DNA from: Solirubrobacterales bacterium
GTDB taxonomy: Bacteria; Actinomycetota; Thermoleophilia; Solirubrobacterales; JBBDJG01
Reading direction: 5' to 3'
Length of the DNA stretch: 64,000 nt
Assembly (NCBI GenBank): GCA_035650255.1
Contig: DASRIA010000086.1
Coordinates: forward strand, 1,682-65,681
In this document: piece after piece, positions 17,275-25,192 of the stretch
Layout: each line of letters starts with the position of its first letter
How positions within the stretch are numbered: position 1 is the first letter of the stretch
The notes under the pieces: model-generated
The model's input: the letters and a program-made list of their open reading frames with translations, nothing else
Database searches by the model: none
What the model was told of the DNA's origin: nothing
Position numbers and translations under genes: made by a program

Positions 17275-17287
17275 GGGCCGCCCGGGG

Positions 17288-18517
17288 TCAAGCCAGGTCG
17301 GTGAAGATGCGGAGCCAGTCCCTCAGCAGCCGCGGCATCAGGAAATGCGTACGGACGTATTCCTTGCCCGCACGCCCGAGCTGCTTGCCGAGCTCGGGGT
17401 CGGTGAGGATCTTCAGGCAGGCCTCGCCGGCCTCCTCGGGCGAGTTGACCAGGAAGCCGGTCTGGCTGTCCTGGATCTGGAGCGGGATGCCGCCCACGTT
17501 GCCGGCCACCGTCGGCCGCGCCTTCCACAGGGCCTCGGACACCGTCAGCCCGAATCCCTCCCGGATCGACTTCTGCATCACGACGTCGGCCTGCGACTGG
17601 AACGCGTTGACCTCGATCGCGCCGACGTTGTTGAGGTTGTTGAGGATCTTGATGTCCTCGTCGCCCTTGGCGTGCTCGTGGGTCATCTGGAAGAAGTCCC
17701 AGCCCTCCGGGTCGTCGGTCGCCATCGATCCGACCAGCGCGAGCTGGAGGCCGTCCACCTCCTCCTTCACCTGCCGGTAGCAGTCGATGACGCCGAGCGG
17801 GTCCTTCCATGGGTCGAATCGTGACACCTGGCAGAGGAGGGGGCGGTCCACGTCAACGCCGAACTGGTCGCACACGAAGGCTGCGTCCTCCGGGGACAGC
17901 GCCATGTTCTTGGGCGACAGCGGGTCGATCGCGGGCGGGAGGATCTCCACCTTGCCGTCGACCCCGGCGGGGACGTAGTCCTGGAGGTGGAACACCTTGC
18001 AGTCGTACGGCTCCACCATCGGCACCATCTTCTCCATGACGTCCATGTTCGGAGTGGAGAGATCGATGTGGCAGCGCCAGATCCAGCGTCCCGGGTGACC
18101 GTTGTTGTAGCCGCGCAGAGCGGCCGGCTGGGGGTCGTGGACGATGATGTAGTCGTAGTTGCCGTCCATCTCCTCCGCGTTCAGCTTGTTGTAGCGGTCG
18201 AAGATCTCCCAGTCCTCCTTGGTCAGCCCGTGCGGGTTGCCCTGGAGCGCGTTGTGCATCAGCTTGGTGACGTTGAAGAACTCCTCGCGGCCGAGGATGA
18301 TGTGCCAGTCCGTCTCGAGACCGGCGTCGCGCATCAGGGGCACGAGGGCGTAGAGGATCTCGGACACGCCGCCGCCCATCGCGGTGGCGCTCAGGTGCAG
18401 GACGCGCTTGCCCTTCAGCGGGCCCGCCAGCTCGTTGATCTCCTCCACCAGGGCGCGCCCGATGAGGTGCCTGTAATCGCCTAGGGCCTTATGGCCAACG
18501 CTGACCGGTTGTAGCAA
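17288..18517 (-). CDS. treT: Trehalose glycosyltransferring synthase (TreT, GT4)
   Basis: Near-colinear with archaeal/thermophile TreT as I recall it: ...GGGVSEIL..LVPL......FFNVTK..HNALQGN...VHDPQPAAL...W.WRCHIDLS.PN...SRFDPWK...DDPEGW...IREGFGLTV.EA.WK. TTG start. Confidence 0.85.
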   Translation of the reverse strand: MLQPVSVGHKALGDYRHLIGRALVEEINELAGPLKGKRVLHLSATAMGGGVSEILYALVPLMRDAGLETDWHIILGREEFFNVTKLMHNALQGNPHGLTKEDWEIFDRYNKLNAEEMDGNYDYIIVHDPQPAALRGYNNGHPGRWIWRCHIDLSTPNMDVMEKMVPMVEPYDCKVFHLQDYVPAGVDGKVEILPPAIDPLSPKNMALSPEDAAFVCDQFGVDVDRPLLCQVSRFDPWKDPLGVIDCYRQVKEEVDGLQLALVGSMATDDPEGWDFFQMTHEHAKGDEDIKILNNLNNVGAIEVNAFQSQADVVMQKSIREGFGLTVSEALWKARPTVAGNVGGIPLQIQDSQTGFLVNSPEEAGEACLKILTDPELGKQLGRAGKEYVRTHFLMPRLLRDWLRIFTDLA

Positions 18518-18643
18518 GGGGGTCTCTCGCTTTGTGGGAGGGGGAAGGGGAAGCGCGCACCGGGTGAGGCGGCGGCCGCGCGGATTATCACAGCATCCAG
18601 CGTGTTATTCGGGTGGAGATACCCGGTTGGCGACTCTCGCAAC

Positions 18644-19588
18644 TCACATCGCAGACCTTAATCTCGCGAAACCCCGTTCCAGGAGCGCCAGCATGCCCGC
18701 GTGGAGCTCCCGGTTGGCCGCCGCCAGGCACGACATCTGGAACTCGTGGCCCGATCCCAGCAGCGGCCGCGCCGCCAGGGGCCGGCCGTAGGCGTCGGTC
18801 ACGACCGCCCCTGCCTCCTCCAGGCACAGCACCGCCGCGGCGAGGTCGTAGGGGGAGTTGTTCAGCACTGCGCCGCCGCCCACCGCCTCGAACCGGGGCC
18901 GCAGCGCCGGGACCTCGTCGATCATGCGCGTGCCGATGTCCACGTAGCCGTCGAGCTGGCCGGTGAGGATGCGGGTCATGTCGAAGGTCGCCGAGCCCAG
19001 GTCGAACACCGCGCCGCCCACCGAGGAGCGGTCGATCAGCTCCTCCAGCACCGTCACCAGCGGCACGGCGGGACGACCCCGGAACCCGAGCGTCCAGAAC
19101 AGCCGCGAGACGTCGGTGTTGGCGCTCAGGACCGCCTCCAGCCCGGCGCCGCGCACGGCCACGAACTCGCCGCCGGTCTTGATCTCGGCCACGCACGCGG
19201 CGTACACGTCGCCCATGGTGGGCTCTCCGCTGTCGCCGAGCGGCGCGGCCGCCACCGACACGCAGCAGCACTCGAGGCCCGCCATCGCCGGCCGCGTGCC
19301 GTCGATCGGGTCGATCACGAGCACTGTGACCGGATCGCGCCCGGCGGGAGTGACCAGCCCGCGGTCCTCCGAGTAGAAGGCGACGTCCGGCGCCCGGTCG
19401 CCGAGGAACTCCTCGACCCAGGACTCCGCCTCCTCGTCGATGGCGAACGTCACGTCTCCGCCGGTGCCCGCCTGGAGGTGCTCGCGGTGGGCGTGCGAGC
19501 CGAGGAACGGCTGCACGTGCGCGCGCAGCCCGCGCGCCAGCTCGACGAGCAGCGCCTCGATGTCGCGGGAGCTAGTCCGGGCGCTCAC
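18644..19588 (-). CDS. Inositol-monophosphatase-family sugar phosphatase
   Basis: FYSEDRG metal site, VIDPIDGT motif and SPYDLAAAVLCLEEAG (WDxAAG-like). GTG start overlaps the htrA 3' end by 17 nt. Confidence 0.8.
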   Translation of the reverse strand: MSARTSSRDIEALLVELARGLRAHVQPFLGSHAHREHLQAGTGGDVTFAIDEEAESWVEEFLGDRAPDVAFYSEDRGLVTPAGRDPVTVLVIDPIDGTRPAMAGLECCCVSVAAAPLGDSGEPTMGDVYAACVAEIKTGGEFVAVRGAGLEAVLSANTDVSRLFWTLGFRGRPAVPLVTVLEELIDRSSVGGAVFDLGSATFDMTRILTGQLDGYVDIGTRMIDEVPALRPRFEAVGGGAVLNNSPYDLAAAVLCLEEAGAVVTDAYGRPLAARPLLGSGHEFQMSCLAAANRELHAGMLALLERGFARLRSAM

Positions 19589-20732
19589 CGAGCGTCACGC
19601 GGGCCGTGCGACGCTCGCTGCCACGGTAGAGCTCGAGCGAGATGACGTCCCCGGGCGAGAAGCGGCCGATCTGCTCACTGAAGTCATTCTGGCGGGTGAC
19701 CCGGCGGCCGTTCACCTTGGTGATCACGTCGCCGCCGAGCTTCACGAGCGACGCCTGGAAGCGGATCTCCCGGCCGCCCCCCTTGATCCCGGCCTTGTCC
19801 GCCGGCCCGTTCTCGACCACGTCCGCGATCAGCGCGCCGTCCCTGACCGGCACGTCGAGCCGCGCGGCGAGCTGCGGATAGAGGTTCTGGGAGCTGATCC
19901 CGATGTAGGCGTAACGCGCCTCCCCGCGGTCCCGGATCTGGTCGATCGAGCGCCGCACGTTGTCCACCGACACGGCGAACCCGACGCCCACGCTGCCGCC
20001 GCCGGTGGAACGGATCTGCGAGTTGATGCCGATCACGCGCCCGCGCGCGTCCAGCAGCGGGCCGCCGGAGTTCCCGCGGTTGACGGCCGCGTCCGTCTGG
20101 ATCGCGTCGGAGATCGAGAAGTCGGTGAGCGCCTCGATCGTGCGGTTCTTAGCGGAGACCACGCCGATCGACAACGAGCCCTCCTCGCCGAACGGGCTGC
20201 CGATCGCGGCGACCGGCTCACCGACGCGCACGTCCGCCGTGCGCCCCAGCTCCAGCGGCACCAGCTCGAGCCCCTTCGGGTTCACCTTGATCACGCCGAC
20301 GTCGGCGTTCGGGTCGTACCCGACGACGTCGGCCTCGACCTGGTTCCCGTCGGAGAACTGCACGTACACCTGGCGCGCCTTCGTCAGCTTGCTGCCGGTG
20401 CCGTTCGTGATCACGTGCGCGTTGGTGGCGACGAAGCCGTCGTCGTCGAGCACGAACCCGCTGCCCTGGCCGGCGCCCCCGCCCTCGAGCAGCTCCGAGA
20501 GGCTGTCGCTGTCGGAGAAGAGCGAGGTGATCGTCACGACGCCGGGCGACAGGCGCTCGTAGATGGTGGTGGGGTCGAAGCCGTTCTCGCCGCCGAGGCC
20601 CTCCACCACCTGCACGCGCGTGCGCTCGACGGTCGAGGTGCCGCTGTCCTCGTCTCCGCCGCCGCCACAGCCGGCCGCGAACCCGGCCGCCAGCACCAGC
20701 GCGGCGGTCAGCGCGATGATCCGGGCGGTCAC
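19572..20732 (-). CDS. htrA: HtrA/DegP/PepD-type trypsin-like serine protease with a PDZ domain (lipoprotein-like N-terminus)
   Basis: Internal GTG 20732 of track ORF 19572..21134, in a GTGA overlap with the kinase stop. VTARIIALTAALVLAAGFAAGC signal/lipobox; catalytic TNAHV...D...GNSGGPL; PDZ ...GPADKAGIKGG. Confidence 0.85.
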   Translation of the reverse strand: MTARIIALTAALVLAAGFAAGCGGGGDEDSGTSTVERTRVQVVEGLGGENGFDPTTIYERLSPGVVTITSLFSDSDSLSELLEGGGAGQGSGFVLDDDGFVATNAHVITNGTGSKLTKARQVYVQFSDGNQVEADVVGYDPNADVGVIKVNPKGLELVPLELGRTADVRVGEPVAAIGSPFGEEGSLSIGVVSAKNRTIEALTDFSISDAIQTDAAVNRGNSGGPLLDARGRVIGINSQIRSTGGGSVGVGFAVSVDNVRRSIDQIRDRGEARYAYIGISSQNLYPQLAARLDVPVRDGALIADVVENGPADKAGIKGGGREIRFQASLVKLGGDVITKVNGRRVTRQNDFSEQIGRFSPGDVISLELYRGSERRTARVTLGERPD

Positions 20733-22261
20733 GCTCCGACCTCGGCCCGGGGCGGCGAGGCGGGGGAGGCCGGGGGCTCCGCGGGACGGCGGCGCTCGCC
20801 GGCCAGCGGCAGGGTGAGGGTGAACACGGTGCTGCCCGGCCTCGACTCGACCGCCAGGCCGCCGCGCATGCGCTGGGCGAGCTCGCGGGCGATCGCCAGG
20901 CCGAGGCCCGAGCCGGAGGCCGAGTCGCTCGTGTGGAAGCGCTCGAAGACCGCCGCCAGGTCCCGGCGCCGGATGCCGGGCCCGCTGTCGGCCACGAGCA
21001 GCTCGGCGGTGTCGGGCCGGCCGTCCTCGGAGCGTCGCCGCGCGGCGATCGTGATGTGCGTCCCGTCGGGCGTGTGGGTGAGGGCGTTGTCGATCAGCAC
21101 GCGCACGATCTGGGCCACGCGCTCCGGGTCGCACACCGCCTCGACGTCGAGGTGCGACCGGCGGTCGGCAACCTCGATCTCGGAGTCCTTGCGCGCCGCC
21201 GCGGCCGCGAACTCGCCGGCGACCTGGTTGGCGAGGGTCCGCAGCGGGACGGGCTCCAGCTCCAGGTCGATCGAGCCGGCGTCGAGCCGCGACAGGTCGA
21301 GCAGGTCGGTGGTCAGCTTCTGCAGGCGGTCCACCTGCTCGCGCATCGTGGTCAGGAACTCGGCGCGCGTGTTCTCGTCGAGGTCCTCGTCCTGCAGCAG
21401 CTCGACGAAGCCGCCCAGCGAGAAGATCGGCGTGCGCAGCTCGTGCGAGGCGTTCGCGATGAACTCCTTGCGGGCGGAGTCCAGGCGCGCAAGCTGGTGC
21501 TGCATCTCGTTGAACGCCTGCGCCAGCTGCCCCAGCTCGTCGTCCGAGTCGATCGGGATCGGCGCGGAGAAGTTGCCGGCGGCGACCTCGCGCGCACCGC
21601 GCTCGAGGCGCTTCACTCGCCGCGCGAGCGCGCTGGCCGCGAAGTAGCCGATCGCGGTGGCGAGCACCAGCGCGATCAGGCCCGCGATCAGGATCTGGCG
21701 CTGGATCGACCCGACGTTCTCGTCCACCTCGTCCAGCGGCTCGGAGAACACCACCACCCAGGCCGGCCGGCCCTGGTAGAGCAGCGGGCGCGCGACCTGA
21801 GCCAGCTTGCCACCACCCTCGGCGCGGGTCGTGGTCTGCGCGCGGCCGCTCCGCGACGCCTCCAGCACGTTCGAGCTGGAGGGCTCGACGCCCGTGTCGG
21901 TGCGGCGGGAGTCGGAGATCACGTACGGAGGCGATTCCTCCTCCGTGGCCGTCCCGGGGATGTCCGGCTGCTCGTCGCGCGGGATCCCGAGCAGGGTCAC
22001 GCGCGTGCCCGTCTCCTCGGAGATGGCACGCGTGATGCGGTCCAGCTCGGCGGCCGTCACCTCGCGCGAGATCGCGCCCTGGAGGGTGCGCGAGTAGTTC
22101 GAGGCGTCACGCTCGAGTGCGTCCGTCTTCTGCTGCGTCAGCGTCGACTCGAGCTGCGGCACGACATAGAAGTAGAAGACCGCGATCGCGCCCGCCGTGA
22201 TGCAGAAGAACAGGAACGTCAGCCTGTTCTTGATCGAGTGGTGCCAGATCCGGTGCCACAT
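20729..22261 (-). CDS. Sensor histidine kinase (two TM segments, HAMP, HisKA, HATPase; MprB/CssS-like)
   Basis: TM1 LTFLFFCITAGAIAVFYFYVV, HAMP ...DELGQLAQAFNEM, H-box FIANASHELRTP, and an ATPase with DSGPGI...GSGLGLAI. Confidence 0.9.
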   Translation of the reverse strand: MWHRIWHHSIKNRLTFLFFCITAGAIAVFYFYVVPQLESTLTQQKTDALERDASNYSRTLQGAISREVTAAELDRITRAISEETGTRVTLLGIPRDEQPDIPGTATEEESPPYVISDSRRTDTGVEPSSSNVLEASRSGRAQTTTRAEGGGKLAQVARPLLYQGRPAWVVVFSEPLDEVDENVGSIQRQILIAGLIALVLATAIGYFAASALARRVKRLERGAREVAAGNFSAPIPIDSDDELGQLAQAFNEMQHQLARLDSARKEFIANASHELRTPIFSLGGFVELLQDEDLDENTRAEFLTTMREQVDRLQKLTTDLLDLSRLDAGSIDLELEPVPLRTLANQVAGEFAAAAARKDSEIEVADRRSHLDVEAVCDPERVAQIVRVLIDNALTHTPDGTHITIAARRRSEDGRPDTAELLVADSGPGIRRRDLAAVFERFHTSDSASGSGLGLAIARELAQRMRGGLAVESRPGSTVFTLTLPLAGERRRPAEPPASPASPPRAEVGA

Positions 22262-22337
22262 ACGCCCTACCTAAGTGCTTGGACGGCTGCGCCGCCACCT
22301 GAAGTCATGTGCTTCGCGCCCGCGGCGCTCGCCGGAG

Positions 22338-23039
22338 TCATTCATCCTTGAACCGGTAACCCACGCCGCGCACCGTCAGGAGGTACTCCGGGATCTTCGG
22401 ATCACGCTCGAGCTTCTCCCGCAGGTGGCGGATGTGCACGTCGATCGTGCGCTGGTCGCGGAAGGCCGAGTCGCCCCAGATGCGGTCGAGCAGCATGTCG
22501 CGGGTGTAGACGCGGCCGGGGTGCGCCGCGAGCACGGCGAGGATCTCGAACTCGACGTAGGTGAGCTGCACGGGCTCGCCCTGCAGGGTGACGGCGCGCT
22601 TGGCCAGGTCGATCCGCAGGTCGCCGCGCTCCAGCGGCTCCTCGTCCCCGTCGAGCTGCGCACGCATGTCCGCGCGCCGGAGGGCGGCGCGCACGCGGCT
22701 GCGGAACTCGCGCATCGAGAAGGGCTTGGTGATGTAGTCGTCGGCGCCCAGCTCGAGGCCCAGCACCTTGTCGATCTCCTCGGCCTTAGCGGTCAGCATG
22801 ATGATCGGCACCGAGCTCTTGGCCCGCAGCTGCCGGCACACCTCGAGGCCGTCGACCTTGGGGAGCATGATGTCCAGCACGACGAGGTCGAACGGCTGGC
22901 GGTCGAACTCGTTCAAGGCCTCCTGCCCGTCGCGCGCGGGCACCACCTCGTAGCCGTCCTTCTCCAGCGGATAGCTGAGCAGCTTCTGCACGGGCTGCTC
23001 GTCGTCCACCAGCAATATGCGTGCTGTCGTCGCGTTCAC
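22338..23039 (-). CDS. OmpR/PhoB-family response regulator (MprA-like)
   Basis: ILLVDDE...DLVVLDIMLP..DG...MLTAK receiver domain and a winged-helix C-terminus ...LTYVEFEIL...TVRGVGYRF. Confidence 0.92.
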   Translation of the reverse strand: MNATTARILLVDDEQPVQKLLSYPLEKDGYEVVPARDGQEALNEFDRQPFDLVVLDIMLPKVDGLEVCRQLRAKSSVPIIMLTAKAEEIDKVLGLELGADDYITKPFSMREFRSRVRAALRRADMRAQLDGDEEPLERGDLRIDLAKRAVTLQGEPVQLTYVEFEILAVLAAHPGRVYTRDMLLDRIWGDSAFRDQRTIDVHIRHLREKLERDPKIPEYLLTVRGVGYRFKDE

Positions 23040-23114
23040 GCCTCTCTCCAGGGATTCTAGGCGGCGCGGGACCGATCCCCTCCAGGTTCACCCGCTGCTA
23101 TACACACAGCGACC

Positions 23115-24884
23115 TTGGTCGATCCGCGCATCTACAGGGCGTCATTCGTCCTTGCCGCGCTGGCGCTCGTCGTGGTGATGTTCTCCCTCGAGTCGCGTCC
23201 CAGGCCCCATGCATCGGATCTCGCGCCCGAGGCCGTGAGCGGCACCGACGCGTTTGCCGAGACGGGGAGGCTGGCCGCGCGCTACCCGGACAGGCGCCCG
23301 GGGAGCCCGGACGACGCCGCCCTGGGGGGCTTGGTGCAGCAGCGGTTCCGCGACCTCGGCATGGAGGTCTCCACCCAGCGGTTCTTCACCGAGGTGGACG
23401 GCAAGGACGCGGAGCTGACCAACGTGATCGGCAGGCTGCGCGGCCGGTCGGACCGGCAGGTCGTGATCCTCGCGCACCGGGATGCGGTCTCGCGCCCGGG
23501 CGCGGCGGCCGCCTCGAACACCGCCATGCTGCTCGAGCTCGCGCAGGCGATGGACGCGCTCGATCGCCGCCGGACGATGGTCTTCGTGTCGGCCGACGGC
23601 GGCTCCGAGGGCATGGAGGGAGCCCAGCGCTTCGCCGAGCGCTACGTGGACCGGCAGAAGGTCGAAGTCGCCATGGTCCTCGACGACCTCGGCGCGGCCG
23701 ACCGCCGCCGGCCGTACGTCGTCCCGTGGTCCTCCGGCTCGAGTCGCGCGTCGCTGGCCGCGGCCCGCACCATGGACGCGGCGCTCGTGCGCGAGACGGG
23801 CGGTGGCGGCGGATCGGAGTCGTGGCTCGGCCAGGTCGTGCACCTGGCGTGGCCGGTGACCGTGCGCGAGCAGGGGCCGCTCGTGCGCGAGGGCATCGAC
23901 GCGCTCACCCTGACCGCGCGCGCGGAGCTGCCGCGAGGATCCGGCAGCGACACGATGGAGACGATCTCGGAGAACGGCCTCGGCCGGTTCGGCCGGGCGG
24001 CGTTCGCGACCGCGCTGGCGTTCGACTCGCCCGGCTACCGCGGCAAGCCGCCGTCGCGCTACCTCACCGCCGGCCGCAACGTGATCCCAGGCTGGTCGCT
24101 CGCGCTGTTCGCAGTCGGCCTGATACTGCCCGCAGTGATCACGGCGGTCGACGCCGTGGCGCGCGCCGGGCGGCGCGGTGCTCCGGTCGGCCCGTGGATG
24201 CGCTGGTCGCTCGCCACCGCGCTCCCGTTCGCGCTCACGGTCGTCGGCGCGCTGGCATTCGAGCTGGTCGGGTGGCTGCCGGGCAGCGTCGCGGAGACCG
24301 TCTCACCGGCCACCCGGCTGTCGGTCGGCGAGGCGCTCGGCCCGCTGCTCGCCCTGGGCGTGCTGTTCGCCGTCTCGTGGGTCGTGGTGCGCCGCATCGC
24401 GCTCGGCGACGTGCGACCGCGGAGACTGGCTTCGGAGGGAGCGGCCGCGGCGCTCGCGCTGCTGCTGTCGGTGCAGGTCCTGATCATCTGCGCGATCAAC
24501 CCGTTCACCGCGCTCCTGCTCGTCCCGGCCGCACACCTGTGCCTGCTCGCCGCGCTGTCCGAGTCGCCGCGCCGCGCGCTGCTGGCCGCGGCGCTGGTCG
24601 CGGGCGCGCTGGCGCTGCCGGTGCTCGCGATGCTCTACTACGGCGCGCGCTTCGACCTCGGCCTGTCACTGCACAACTATCTGCTGCTGGTCGTCTCGAC
24701 CGCGGGGGGATCGGTGGGGAGCGCGGTGCTCGGCTCGCTGGTCGCAGGCAGCCTCACCGCCAGCGCGTTGCTGGCGGTCCGCGGCGGCGCGGCCGGCACG
24801 GCCCCGGAGATCACCGTCCGCGGCCCCCTGTCGTACGCCGGCCCCGGCTCGCTGGGCGGGACGGAGTCGGCGCTGCGCCGCTGA
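23115..24884 (+). CDS. M28-peptidase-like ectodomain fused to a polytopic membrane C-terminal half
   Basis: N-terminal TM, then TNVIGRLRG...VVILAHRDAV...NTAMLLELAQA...VFVSADGG...MVLDDLG (M28 fold motifs, some metal ligands apparently substituted). About 7 hydrophobic helices follow residue 300. Confidence 0.65.
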   Translation: MVDPRIYRASFVLAALALVVVMFSLESRPRPHASDLAPEAVSGTDAFAETGRLAARYPDRRPGSPDDAALGGLVQQRFRDLGMEVSTQRFFTEVDGKDAELTNVIGRLRGRSDRQVVILAHRDAVSRPGAAAASNTAMLLELAQAMDALDRRRTMVFVSADGGSEGMEGAQRFAERYVDRQKVEVAMVLDDLGAADRRRPYVVPWSSGSSRASLAAARTMDAALVRETGGGGGSESWLGQVVHLAWPVTVREQGPLVREGIDALTLTARAELPRGSGSDTMETISENGLGRFGRAAFATALAFDSPGYRGKPPSRYLTAGRNVIPGWSLALFAVGLILPAVITAVDAVARAGRRGAPVGPWMRWSLATALPFALTVVGALAFELVGWLPGSVAETVSPATRLSVGEALGPLLALGVLFAVSWVVVRRIALGDVRPRRLASEGAAAALALLLSVQVLIICAINPFTALLLVPAAHLCLLAALSESPRRALLAAALVAGALALPVLAMLYYGARFDLGLSLHNYLLLVVSTAGGSVGSAVLGSLVAGSLTASALLAVRGGAAGTAPEITVRGPLSYAGPGSLGGTESALRR

Positions 24885-24892
24885 TCGGCCCC

Positions 24893-24916
24893 GTGACCGT
24901 CGGTGAGCCCGGTCAC
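24893..24916 (+). terminator. 7-bp stem hairpin just after the M28-like gene
   Basis: gtgaccg (24893-24899) pairs with cggtcac (24910-24916) across a 10-nt loop. There is no T-tract. It could instead lie inside a longer FlgM-like ORF that starts at GTG 24893. Confidence 0.25.
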
Positions 24917-24982
24917 TCAGGCGTGGACGGCAGTCGTATCCCGCCGGTGATCGGCGCCGTCGATAAGAAGGGCGATCCGGCA

Positions 24983-25192
24983 ATGAGCTCCTCGCTGACA
25001 GAGCCGCGTCACGCAGATCACAAGCTGGTCAAGCGCGCGGTCAAGTGCAACAGCTACACGGTCGATCCCGACCGCGTCGCGACGGCGCTGATCGTCAAGC
25101 TGGTCCAGGAGACCCTGGCGCCGCATCCGCCGGCGAAAAGTGGTCCCACCCACGCAAACGGCACGGGCGGCCGTCTGCGTCAAGCAGCCTGA
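24983..25192 (+). CDS. FlgM-family (anti-sigma-28-like) small protein, candidate
   Basis: Last 69 codons of track ORF 23021..25192. The segment HKLVKRAVKCNSYTVDPDRVATALIVKLV matches the FlgM C-terminal signature (compare B. subtilis [26 protein letters not shown]). An alternative in-frame GTG at 24893 would give 99 aa. It overlaps the convergent thiL 3' end by 98 nt. Confidence 0.45.
   Translation: MSSSLTEPRHADHKLVKRAVKCNSYTVDPDRVATALIVKLVQETLAPHPPAKSGPTHANGTGGRLRQAA

Noticed and set aside
18518-18643. Structured 126-nt spacer upstream of treT (hairpins cgggt-ggagat-acccg and gcgcg...cgcgc, then a C/T-rich tract), considered as a riboswitch
   Set aside because: I recognise no known riboswitch consensus. 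It is more simply explained as a terminator or attenuator after the IMPase-family gene plus the treT 5' UTR. No claim can be supported without a covariance-model search.
23021-24982. N-terminal 650 codons of the 723-aa + ORF 23021..25192
   Set aside because: This is an Arg/Gly/Pro-rich out-of-frame overlap of the M28-like gene (23115..24884), which has real motifs and TM helices. Only the last 69-99 codons, beyond the M28 stop, are considered (the FlgM-like ORF).
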